64,000 nt of DNA, from NCBI GenBank assembly GCA_045627865.1, contig JAZQOK010000004.1, positions 6,663-70,662 of the forward strand. The letters are read 5' to 3'. This DNA comes from Bacteroidales bacterium (lineage in GTDB: Bacteria > Bacteroidota > Bacteroidia > Bacteroidales > UBA3663). The notes beneath the pieces were generated by a model that had not been told where the DNA came from, searched no databases, and worked only from the letters and a program-made list of their open reading frames with translations. This document shows positions 54,293 through 62,345 of this stretch, piece by piece (within the stretch, counting starts at the first letter, position 1; every line of letters starts with the position of its first letter). A program made the translations under genes and the position numbers.

Positions 54293-55284
54293 AACAATAC
54301 CTTTTGAAACTCATCGCTGGTGAAACCCTCTCACAGGAGGAGACCCACCAGATCATGCTCAACATCGTTCAGGAGCAATACAACGTACAACAGATTGCAG
54401 CTTTGCTGATGGCTCTGCAAACCCGTGGAGCAACCGTCGATGAATTGCTTGGCTTCCGTCAGGGTCTTCTCGAAACGGGTAAATATATTAATGTAGAGGA
54501 TTATAATACACTCGATATTGTCGGTACCGGTGGCGATGGTAAGAATACCTTCAACATCTCGACCTGTTCGGCTTTCGTCATAGCTGGTGCTGGCTACAAA
54601 GTCTCGAAGCATGGCAACGGAGGAGCCACTTCTGTATCGGGTGCATCGAATGTACTGGAGGGTCATGGCGTGAAGTTCACCGACGACGAAAGCAAGTTGC
54701 GTCGTTCGTTGGAGGAGGCTGGTATCTGCTATTTCCATGCTCCTTTGTTCGCCTATGGCATGAAGTTCGTGGGCCCTACCCGTAAGGCTTTGGCTGTGCC
54801 TACTTGCTTCAATCTGCTGGGCCCATTGGTAAACCCTTGTCATCCGAAGAATTCGTTGCACGGTACTGCCAATCAGAGCCAGTTGCGTCTCTATACCAAT
54901 ATTCACCAGAAGATCGGCGATAACTATGGTGTAGTTACCTCTTACGATGGCTACGACGAAATCTCCCTCACCTCGGGCTTCAAGATCTGCACCAATAATT
55001 TCGAAAAGGTGCTCACTCCTGTCGATCTGGGCTTGAAGTATGTCAAGCAGGAGGAGATCTTTGGTGGCAATACTGCAGCCGATGCCATGAAGATCTTCGA
55101 TGCTGTGCTGGATGGTTCAGCTACCGAGGCTCAGAAGAACGTGGTGATTGCTAATGCTGCCTGCGGTATCAGCGTGATGAACATGAACCTCTCGATGGAG
55201 GATTCGGTTGCTGCTGCCCGCGAATCGTTGGAGAGTGGCAAGGCTCTTCAGGTATTCAAGAAGTTCGTTGAGATTAACAGTTAA
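54289..55284 (+). CDS. trpD: Anthranilate phosphoribosyltransferase
   Basis: 331 aa. DIVGTGGDGKNTFNIST...KHGNGGATS. Confidence 0.95.
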   Translation: MKQYLLKLIAGETLSQEETHQIMLNIVQEQYNVQQIAALLMALQTRGATVDELLGFRQGLLETGKYINVEDYNTLDIVGTGGDGKNTFNISTCSAFVIAGAGYKVSKHGNGGATSVSGASNVLEGHGVKFTDDESKLRRSLEEAGICYFHAPLFAYGMKFVGPTRKALAVPTCFNLLGPLVNPCHPKNSLHGTANQSQLRLYTNIHQKIGDNYGVVTSYDGYDEISLTSGFKICTNNFEKVLTPVDLGLKYVKQEEIFGGNTAADAMKIFDAVLDGSATEAQKNVVIANAACGISVMNMNLSMEDSVAAARESLESGKALQVFKKFVEINS

Positions 55285-55295
55285 AAGCCCCACAC

Positions 55296-55324
55296 GACCC
55301 CCTCCCAGCCTCCCCGTGGGGAGG
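55296..55324 (+). repeat. GC-rich palindromic element, subtype 3, 11 nt after the trpD stop
   Basis: GACCCCCTCCCAGCCTCCCC-GT-GGGGAGG. It is identical to the reverse complement of 57144-57172. Confidence 0.9.
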
Positions 55325-55384
55325 AGTGGGTAGATAGAATGGGTGTTCGGTTATTTATATAATAGTTAAACGATAAATCACTTA

Positions 55385-55436
55385 CCCTCCAGTGGTGTCA
55401 AAAAACTCCTCCCCTCGGGGAGGTCGGGAGGGGGTC
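55385..55436 (-). repeat. GC-rich palindromic element, subtype 3, ending 2 nt before the trpC ATG
   Basis: CCCTCCAGTGGTGTCAAAAAACTCCTCCCC-TC-GGGGAGGTCGGGAGGGGGTC. It is about 85% identical to 57121-57172. Confidence 0.9.
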
Positions 55437-55438
55437 CT

Positions 55439-56278
55439 ATGAAAGATATTCTCGAAGAAATAGTAGCCAACAAACGTGAGGAGCTGGCTGTAGCGATCAG
55501 CGATCTGCCGTTGGAGACGTTGAAGAAGTTCACCGAGCAGAAGATCGCTCGCGATGGCGCTCTGAAACTCCGTTCCATGCGACAGAGTCTGGCTCAGTCG
55601 CAGAGCGGTATAATCGCCGAGTTCAAACGCAAGAGCCCAAGCAAGGGCTGGATTCATGCCGATGTTGAACCCGAAGATGTAGTGCCTAAGTATGCCGAAG
55701 GTGGTGCTTCGGCCAGCAGCATCCTGACCGACGAGAAATACTTCGGCGGTAAACTGGAGTTCATTCAGCGAGTACGAGATCTGGCTCCAAATCTGCCTCT
55801 GCTTCGCAAGGAATTTATCATCGACGAATATCAGCTCTACGAGGCTCGTCTGGTTGGTGCTGATGCTGTGCTGCTTATTGCGGCCGATCTGCATCCTGCT
55901 CAATATGGAGAACTCTTGCAAGTGGCACATAGTTTGGGCTTGGAGGTTCTGCTCGAGGTGCATGACTCTGCCGAACTGGAGTATCTGAAGGCTGGTGTGC
56001 CAGACATGTTGGGTGTCAACAACCGTTCGTTGGGTACTTTCCATACCGATGTGCAGCACAGTTTCGATATTGCGATCGAGATGCAACGTGCGGTCAAGGA
56101 GTTGTGTTTGTCGGACGAAGAGGCTCCGCTGTTGGTCAGCGAATCGGGTATCGGCAATCCTTCGGTTGTCAAACTGTTGCGTGAGAAGGGCTTCCGTGGC
56201 TTCCTGATCGGAGAGTGCTTCATGAAGGAGGCTGATCCAGGTCTTGCTCTGAAAGAGTTTATCCAGCAGACCTTATAG
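55439..56278 (+). CDS. trpC: Indole-3-glycerol-phosphate synthase
   Basis: 279 aa. IIAEFKRKSPSKG...LRKEFIIDEYQLYEAR...LLEVH. Confidence 0.95.
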   Translation: MKDILEEIVANKREELAVAISDLPLETLKKFTEQKIARDGALKLRSMRQSLAQSQSGIIAEFKRKSPSKGWIHADVEPEDVVPKYAEGGASASSILTDEKYFGGKLEFIQRVRDLAPNLPLLRKEFIIDEYQLYEARLVGADAVLLIAADLHPAQYGELLQVAHSLGLEVLLEVHDSAELEYLKAGVPDMLGVNNRSLGTFHTDVQHSFDIAIEMQRAVKELCLSDEEAPLLVSESGIGNPSVVKLLREKGFRGFLIGECFMKEADPGLALKEFIQQTL

Positions 56279-56321
56279 ACCCACCCCTAACCCTCCCTCG
56301 TTGGGAGGGAGAGGTTTGAAA
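56278..56321 (+). repeat. GC-rich palindromic element, subtype 2, overlapping the trpC TAG stop
   Basis: (TA)GACCCACCCCTAACCCTCCC-TCGTT-GGGAGGGAGAGGTTTGAAA. Confidence 0.9.
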
Positions 56322-56350
56322 TAATGGGTCAAAATTATTCTCTATACCTT

Positions 56351-56366
56351 GTGGGTGGAGAGGGTC
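56351..56366 (-). repeat. Truncated subtype-1 terminus in reverse orientation
   Basis: GTGGGTGGAGAGGGTC followed by TA. The reverse complement, TAGACCCTCTCCACCCAC, matches the start of the 53174 copy. Confidence 0.7.
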
Positions 56367-56387
56367 TATTTTAGTAAATAATAACTT

Positions 56388-56461
56388 GTTACCAATCCCT
56401 CGATAGCAATAGGTAACTGCTCCCTCCCCCTAAAGGGGGGCGGGGGGTCCGGGGGTGAGTC
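56388..56461 (-). repeat. GC-rich palindromic element, long subtype, ending 2 nt before the trpF ATG
   Basis: GTTACCAATCCCTCGATAGCAATAGGTAAC-TGCTCCCTCCCCC-TAAA-GGGGGG-CGGGGGGTCCGGGGGTGAGTC. Confidence 0.95.
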
Positions 56462-56463
56462 TT

Positions 56464-57105
56464 ATGATTGTAAAAGTTTGCGGCATGACAAGTGCCGATA
56501 ATATAAAAGCTGTGGAGGCTGTATTGGCCGATACACAAGCAACTGAGAAGTGGATGGGTTTCATCTTCTGGGAGCCATCGAAACGTAATTGTGCCACCAA
56601 GCCCGATTATCTGCCCGTGGATTGCAAACGCGTAGGCGTGTTTGTGAATGCAGAGGTCGAGGAGGTTGTGAAACGTGCGGTGGAGTTCGGTTTGACCCAC
56701 ATCCAGTTGCATGGCGACGAGAACCGCCAGTACATCATGGCTTTGCGTCAGGCTCTGGCTGCTGCCAACAACAAATGCGTCATCATCAAGGCGTTGAGTC
56801 TGAAGGTAGCCAACGATGTTGAAAAGTGCGAACCCTACGTCGGCTTTGTCGATTACTTCCTGTTCGATACGCCAACCACAGGCCGTGGCGGTAGCGGTAA
56901 CAGCTTCGACTGGAAACTGCTGGAGGGTTACCGCATGATGACTCCTTTCATTCTGAGCGGTGGCATCGGATTGGATAGTGTCGAATCTCTCAAACAGTTC
57001 AGTCATCCCTGTTGGGAGGGCATCGACCTCAACTCTAAGTTTGAGTCGGCTCCAGGCATCAAGGATGCAAAGAAACTTCGTGAATTTATAGTAAATATCA
57101 ATTAA
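56464..57105 (+). CDS. trpF: Phosphoribosylanthranilate isomerase
   Basis: Start placed at ATG 56464 (MIVKVCGMTS...) rather than the GTG at 56455, which lies inside the repeat. Also ...HIQLHGDE.... Confidence 0.9.
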   Translation: MIVKVCGMTSADNIKAVEAVLADTQATEKWMGFIFWEPSKRNCATKPDYLPVDCKRVGVFVNAEVEEVVKRAVEFGLTHIQLHGDENRQYIMALRQALAAANNKCVIIKALSLKVANDVEKCEPYVGFVDYFLFDTPTTGRGGSGNSFDWKLLEGYRMMTPFILSGGIGLDSVESLKQFSHPCWEGIDLNSKFESAPGIKDAKKLREFIVNIN

Positions 57106-57120
57106 ATATAAAACCATTTG

Positions 57121-57172
57121 CCCTCCAGTGGTGTCATTAAACACCTCCCCACGGGGAGGCTGGGAGGGGGTC
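57121..57172 (-). repeat. GC-rich palindromic element, subtype 3, ending 3 nt before the trpA ATG
   Basis: CCCTCCAGTGGTGTCATTAAACACCTCCCC-AC-GGGGAGGCTGGGAGGGGGTC. Confidence 0.9.
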
Positions 57173-57175
57173 TTT

Positions 57176-57952
57176 ATGAATAGAATCAATCAACTTTTTG
57201 CCAATAAACCACAGAATCTTTTGAGTCTGTATTTCTGTGCCGGAGCTCCTACGCTCGATGGTACAGCCGATGTGATCCGTACGCTCGAGAAGAACGGAAT
57301 CTCGATGATCGAGGTGGGTGTGCCATTCTCAGATCCTATGGCCGATGGTCCTGTGATCCAGGAGGCAGCTACCAAGGCTTTGCGCAACGGTATGTCGTTG
57401 CGTCTGCTGTTCGACCAACTGAAGGATATTCGTCAGGATGTCACCATTCCTCTGATCCTGATGGGTTATCTGAACCCAGTCATGCAGTATGGCTTCGATA
57501 ACTTCTGCAAGAAGTGTAATGAAGTGGGCATCGATGGCGTGATCATTCCAGATCTGCCATTCAAGGACTATATGGAGGAGTATAAGCCTATTGCCGACAA
57601 GTACGATATTCGTATTATCATGCTCATTACTCCAGAGACCAGCGAAGAAAGAATCCGCTTCATCGACCAGAATACCGATGGTTTCATCTACATGGTCTCT
57701 TCTGCCGCCATTACGGGTGCGCAGAAGGAGTTCAACGATGCCAAGCAGGCCTACTTCAACAAGGTACATGCCATGAACCTCCAGCATCCAACCATGATCG
57801 GTTTCGGTATCTCCAACAAACAGACCCTTGAGTCGGCTCAGGCTAATGCCAATGGTGCCATCATCGGTTCGAAGTTCGTGCAGTTGCTGGATGCTGCCAA
57901 TGGCGATGCACAAGTCGCTATCGACCAGCTTTATGATGCATTAAAGCAATAA
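57176..57952 (+). CDS. trpA: Tryptophan synthase alpha chain
   Basis: Start placed at ATG 57176 (MNRINQLFANK...) rather than the GTG at 57128, which lies inside the repeat. Also EVGVPFSDPMADGPVIQ. Confidence 0.95.
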   Translation: MNRINQLFANKPQNLLSLYFCAGAPTLDGTADVIRTLEKNGISMIEVGVPFSDPMADGPVIQEAATKALRNGMSLRLLFDQLKDIRQDVTIPLILMGYLNPVMQYGFDNFCKKCNEVGIDGVIIPDLPFKDYMEEYKPIADKYDIRIIMLITPETSEERIRFIDQNTDGFIYMVSSAAITGAQKEFNDAKQAYFNKVHAMNLQHPTMIGFGISNKQTLESAQANANGAIIGSKFVQLLDAANGDAQVAIDQLYDALKQ

Positions 57953-58041
57953 AAAACGTCAATTTTTTTTCAAAATTAACAAATTTATCAGCATTATTGT
58001 CTTTTTTTAAGTTTTTTTGCATTGTTAATGGAAAAAATGCC

Positions 58042-58049
58042 TATCTTTG
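58042..58049 (+). promoter_or_regulatory. Bacteroidota -7 promoter box (TAnnTTTG)
   Basis: TATCTTTG lies about 93 nt upstream of ATG 58142. Confidence 0.45.
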
Positions 58050-58141
58050 CGTCGTGAAGATTTAACATCTTGACGTCTTGACGTCTTGTACCAAATAATG
58101 CATATCCAATCACAATAATAATGTTTATAAATTCTAAGATT

Positions 58142-58891
58142 ATGAAAAAAGTTTTTTTCTCGCTGATGGCCCTTGCAGCTGTTAGTCTCGGTTTTGTTGC
58201 TTGTGATGCAGATGACGCAATCATGGGAAAACTCATTGAACTTGTTGCTCCTAAGTATTCTAATCAAGCAGGTGTGTATGAGTCAGAGGATGGTTTTACC
58301 ATTGAGTTGACCGAAAGTGGTAATTATATCTATACAGGCGCATCTAATTCTGAAGCTGCTGCTGTTCGTGGTGCAGGTGTTCAGATTTACACGGGTACCT
58401 TTACCGTAACTGCGGATGATGAGATCATCCTTGAAGGTGATATTAAGGGTAACGTCAAGAATGGAAAGGTTGAAATCACTGAGGTTGGTGGTGACGCTGC
58501 CAAGATTTCTTTGCACAAGAAGGATAATGTCACTATGGACGATTCTGAGGAGGCAATGAAGCTCTGCCGTACTTGGAATGTAGAGGAGAAGGCAGAAGTT
58601 GATGGCAAGCGTGTCACAATCTCTGATGCTGCTTATGCAAAGTACTTCGGTTCTTATGGCTATCCAAAGCAGCTTATCATCTCTCGTGCTGGTACTTTCT
58701 GCGTTGTATGCGCTAATACCACCTACGCTGGTACCTGGAAGCTGAATGGCAAAGGTAAGATGATTGTTGAGGGTACTCCATTGGAGAAGGGTATTCCTTA
58801 CAACATCGGTGAGAAGGTTACAATTGACTTCGCCATGGTTGATGGTGGTACAAAGCATGTCGTTAAGGCAACTCTCAACGAGGTTAAGTAA
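58142..58891 (+). CDS. Hypothetical lipoprotein
   Basis: Start placed at ATG 58142 (MKKVFFSLMALAAVSLGFVAC, a lipobox). The mature part is beta-rich and no domain is recognised. Confidence 0.55.
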   Translation: MKKVFFSLMALAAVSLGFVACDADDAIMGKLIELVAPKYSNQAGVYESEDGFTIELTESGNYIYTGASNSEAAAVRGAGVQIYTGTFTVTADDEIILEGDIKGNVKNGKVEITEVGGDAAKISLHKKDNVTMDDSEEAMKLCRTWNVEEKAEVDGKRVTISDAAYAKYFGSYGYPKQLIISRAGTFCVVCANTTYAGTWKLNGKGKMIVEGTPLEKGIPYNIGEKVTIDFAMVDGGTKHVVKATLNEVK

Positions 58892-58908
58892 TAAGATTTG
58901 AAATATTG

Positions 58909-58951
58909 TTCTGGGGAATGCTCCATTTTGAGTAGTCCCCAGAATCTTTTT
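58909..58951 (+). terminator. Intrinsic terminator
   Basis: TTCTGGGGA-18 nt-TCCCCAGAA forms a 9-bp stem, followed by TCTTTTT. Confidence 0.6.
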
Positions 58952-59030
58952 ATAAACCACTAATTGATGATTTTAAATGATTTATTACATATTGTCATTT
59001 AGCCATCATCATAATAATTGAAGATATAAT

Positions 59031-59930
59031 ATGATCAAGAAATTATTCTTTCTGTCGTTGGCAGCCTCTATCGCGATGACCGGTTTTTCGCAGAATGAGA
59101 ATATGGAGGCGTTCAAGCATCTGGGCATTGGCGCTGAGATAGGCTTGATGGGTGCTGGTATTCAGGTTTCTATGCCAGTTGTGAGCAATCACCTCGTTGC
59201 AGTTGTTGGCTTCAATAGCTATAGACTTTATGGCCTGGATAAGATTGATTATGATTTTGACCTCTCTTCTGGCCGTATCAACGATGGTATCCTAAAGTTG
59301 AACAAGGAGATCGACGACCACAATGCAAAGAATGGTACCTCTATCAGAAGGGTCTCTCATTCTTTGCCTGACGAATTCACCATTTCGCTGAATGCCAAGA
59401 TTAATCCAAACGTCAAGGTTCTTGTAGAATGGTATCCTTCGGAAAATCATACCTTCCATCTGACAGGTGGTTTGATGTTCGGTTCAAAGTCTTTCCTGTC
59501 AATCTCTGGTGAGGCCGATGAAAATGTTCAGCGTCTTTATACAGATGCCGTTCAAGTTCAGAAAGATGCATGGGATGCAGGAGCCATTGCTAAAAGCGAT
59601 AACTTCATTTTCGACAAACTTAGTTACTCAGTCGATCACAAAACCTATGCCATCAAAGAGCGCGTAAAGGTGGCTTGTGATTTGCAAACCAATGCTGTCA
59701 AACCATACTTCGGTATTGGTTTTGGCCGTTCAATCCCGAACCATCGCGTTGGTGTGCAGTTCGAGATGGGAGCTTGGTATCATGGCAAATTCTCGATCGA
59801 TAGCCCTAATGAAGTCCCTTTTGATGAGTATGCTGATTTGAACGAAGATGTTGACGACATCATCAAAGTCGTCAAGGGAATTGCTTTCTGGCCACAGATG
59901 ACACTTCGTCTGACAGGTCGTATTTTCTAA
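59031..59930 (+). CDS. Hypothetical outer-membrane beta-barrel protein
   Basis: 299 aa with signal peptide MIKKLFFLSLAASIAMTGFS and a C-terminal ...LRLTGRIF aromatic signature. Confidence 0.5.
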   Translation: MIKKLFFLSLAASIAMTGFSQNENMEAFKHLGIGAEIGLMGAGIQVSMPVVSNHLVAVVGFNSYRLYGLDKIDYDFDLSSGRINDGILKLNKEIDDHNAKNGTSIRRVSHSLPDEFTISLNAKINPNVKVLVEWYPSENHTFHLTGGLMFGSKSFLSISGEADENVQRLYTDAVQVQKDAWDAGAIAKSDNFIFDKLSYSVDHKTYAIKERVKVACDLQTNAVKPYFGIGFGRSIPNHRVGVQFEMGAWYHGKFSIDSPNEVPFDEYADLNEDVDDIIKVVKGIAFWPQMTLRLTGRIF

Positions 59931-59945
59931 CATTCAAAACAACGA

Positions 59946-61373
59946 ATGACTCAAGCAGAATTGAATGCCCAGGTGGCATCTCAATATAACGATGAACGCA
60001 GCAAGCAGTTGGCTACCCAACCGGTAGGCCGACTGCTTCTGCAGTTTGCTACCCCCAGCATTATTGCTATGGCAGCCAGTAGCATCTACAACTTGTGCGA
60101 TAGTATTTTCATTGGACAAGGTTGTGGAAAGTTGGCAATTGCAGGTTTAGCCTTGACTTTTCCACTCATGAACATTAGTGCCGCCTTCGGTGCTATGGCA
60201 GGTGTGGGTGGCGCAGCTCAGACCTCAATCCGTATGGGTGAGGGCAATCAACGTCAGGCGTTGATGATTTTCGGTAATGTGATTCGTTTGGATCTTACCA
60301 TTGGCATCATCCTGACTACTTTGGGTCTTTTGTTCATTGATCCGATCCTCCGTCTTTTTGGAGCCAGCGATGCCACTCTTCCTTATGCTCGCGATTACAT
60401 GCAGATTATTCTGATCGGTAATATCATCACCCATACGTTTTTGGGTATGAACGACCAGTTGCGAGCTATCGGTAATCCTCGGCAGGCGATGATTGCCCAG
60501 TTGATTGCCGTATTCAGTAACATTGTGCTCGACGCCCTGTTTATCTTCGGATTCGGATGGGGCATGCGTGGTGCCGCTTTGGCAACCATTCTCGGACAAT
60601 TGCTGGCTTGGATCTATAATTTCCGGTTCTTTTTGGACAAGAGCCGATTTGTGCACTTCAGCAAGGAGGGTCTGATCTTCCGTTGGGACATCATCAAGGA
60701 GATCCTGTCCATTGGTTTGAGCCCATTCTCGTTGAATCTTTGTGCCTGTATTGTCGTCATCCTGATTAACCGGACCTTGGTGGCTCAGGGTGGGGCCGAT
60801 GGCGATGCCTATGTGGGTGTCTATGGAATCGTGAATCGTGTAGCCATGTTGTTGGTCATGTGCATTATGGGCTTTGGTCAGGGCATGCAGCCAATTGTCG
60901 GATTCAATATGGGTGCCAGACTCTTCCATCGTGTGGTCGGTACCTTGAAGTTCGCTTATATGCTGGCTACTTTCATCATGACGGCTGGCTATGTGCTGAT
61001 TGCAGTTTTTGCCCGTCAGATGGCTGGCTTCTTTACCACCGATCCCGAGATGATTGCCCTTTGTGTGCCTGCCATCCGCATAGTGCTCTGCATGTTCCCA
61101 TTAGTGGGTGGGCAGATGATTTCCAATACCTTCTTCCAATCTATTCGTCAGGCAAAGAAGAGCATCTTCCTTTCGACCACACGACAGATGGTCTTCCTTG
61201 TCCCTCTGCTTCTTTTCTTGCCCGATGTCTTTGTCGATAAGGGATGGAATGGAGTGTATGCTGTCTGGTGTGCCATGCCTATTTCGGATTTGATTTCAGC
61301 TGTCCTGGCAGGAACCCTGCTTTACTTCCAGCTCAGGAAGTTCAACCGACTCATCGCTTTGTCGTTAAAATAA
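59946..61373 (+). CDS. MATE-family efflux transporter
   Basis: 475 aa with 12 predicted TM helices. The N-terminal MatE pattern is present (LLLQFATPSIIAMAASSIYNLCDSIFIGQG). Confidence 0.85.
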   Translation: MTQAELNAQVASQYNDERSKQLATQPVGRLLLQFATPSIIAMAASSIYNLCDSIFIGQGCGKLAIAGLALTFPLMNISAAFGAMAGVGGAAQTSIRMGEGNQRQALMIFGNVIRLDLTIGIILTTLGLLFIDPILRLFGASDATLPYARDYMQIILIGNIITHTFLGMNDQLRAIGNPRQAMIAQLIAVFSNIVLDALFIFGFGWGMRGAALATILGQLLAWIYNFRFFLDKSRFVHFSKEGLIFRWDIIKEILSIGLSPFSLNLCACIVVILINRTLVAQGGADGDAYVGVYGIVNRVAMLLVMCIMGFGQGMQPIVGFNMGARLFHRVVGTLKFAYMLATFIMTAGYVLIAVFARQMAGFFTTDPEMIALCVPAIRIVLCMFPLVGGQMISNTFFQSIRQAKKSIFLSTTRQMVFLVPLLLFLPDVFVDKGWNGVYAVWCAMPISDLISAVLAGTLLYFQLRKFNRLIALSLK

Positions 61374-61388
61374 TAAACTTATAATCTC

Positions 61389-62288
61389 ATGAAAAAGAAA
61401 TTTTGTGGTGTGGTAGTGCCGATGGTTACTCCCGTTACTCCACAGGGAAACCTCGATGTTGAGGCTGTTGTTAGAATTATCTCTCTGTTCGTCAAGAATC
61501 AAGTCAATCCATTGCTGATGGGAACCACCGGCGAGGGTAACTCTGTGAGCCAGGCTGATGCCCGTCTGATGGTCGAAACTGCCGTCAAGGCCGCTCAAGG
61601 CAAGATTACCGTCTATGCAGGTCTGACCGGTTGCTGCATCAGCGAACAGATGAAGCAGGTCGATGCCTTCACCCAAGCTGGAGCCGATGTGATTGTGGCT
61701 ACTTTGCCTTCGTACTATGCGCTCACCCCCGAACAGATGTACACCTACTATAAGAATCTGGCTGACTACAGTTCGAAGCCGGTCATGCTCTATAATATCC
61801 TGGCGACTACCCACATGACCATTCCTGTCGATGTGGTCAAGCAGCTGGCTGATCATCCGAACATCGTTGGTCTCAAGGATAGCGAACGTGATCTGGAACG
61901 TATGGCACAATGTATTGCCATCAGCAAGGATCGTGCCGACTTCAGTTACTTCTGCGGATGGGCTGCCCAGAGCCAGTACAGCTTGTCGTTGGGTGGCGAT
62001 GGTATCGTGCCCAGTACCGGTAACTTTACTCCTGGCATGTTCCGCGATTTGTACGAAGCAGCCGTTGCCGGCAACATGGACAAGGCGATTGAGCTCCAGA
62101 ACACAACCAACGAGATTGCCAAGATCTATCAGGCAGGTCGTACCTTAGGCCAGTCTTTGACCGCCCTCAAAGTGATGATGCAGACCGAGGGCCTCTGTAC
62201 TCCAGATATGCTGGCTCCATTGACCCGTCTGTCGGCCGAAGAGGAGGCTGAGATTGCTGCCAAAGCTAAGTCAACCGTTCATTATTAA
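61389..62288 (+). CDS. Dihydrodipicolinate synthase/N-acetylneuraminate lyase family aldolase
   Basis: 299 aa. GVVVPMVTPV...GTTGEG...IVGLKDS, containing the Schiff-base Lys. Confidence 0.8.
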   Translation: MKKKFCGVVVPMVTPVTPQGNLDVEAVVRIISLFVKNQVNPLLMGTTGEGNSVSQADARLMVETAVKAAQGKITVYAGLTGCCISEQMKQVDAFTQAGADVIVATLPSYYALTPEQMYTYYKNLADYSSKPVMLYNILATTHMTIPVDVVKQLADHPNIVGLKDSERDLERMAQCIAISKDRADFSYFCGWAAQSQYSLSLGGDGIVPSTGNFTPGMFRDLYEAAVAGNMDKAIELQNTTNEIAKIYQAGRTLGQSLTALKVMMQTEGLCTPDMLAPLTRLSAEEEAEIAAKAKSTVHY

Positions 62289-62316
62289 TTCTTAATACCA
62301 TCCTCCCCTATGAATT

Positions 62317-62340
62317 CCCCCTAAAGGGGGTTAGGGGGTC
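62317..62340 (-). repeat. GC-rich palindromic element, short form, ending 5 nt before the symporter ATG
   Basis: CCCCC-TAAA-GGGGG-TTAGGGGGTC. The reverse complement is GACCCCCTAACCCCCTTTAGGGGG. Confidence 0.85.
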
Positions 62341-62345
62341 TTACT

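Noticed and set aside
57128-57175. GTG start for trpA at 57128 and GTG start for trpF at 56455, as given by the ORF track
   Set aside because: Both GTGs lie inside palindromic elements and would add repeat-encoded peptides. The ATGs at 57176 and 56464 give canonical N-termini (MNRINQLF..., MIVKVCGM...).
56389-57189. 266-aa minus-strand ORF starting and ending in PPRGE/PRPPLGGG-type peptides
   Set aside because: It is antisense to trpF. Both of its ends are simply translations of the palindromic elements. It is a shadow ORF bounded by repeats.
58067-58095. TCTTGACG tandem octamer (2.5 copies) in the leader of the lipoprotein gene
   Set aside because: It is too short and low in copy number to distinguish from chance. 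There is no associated structure or partner site.
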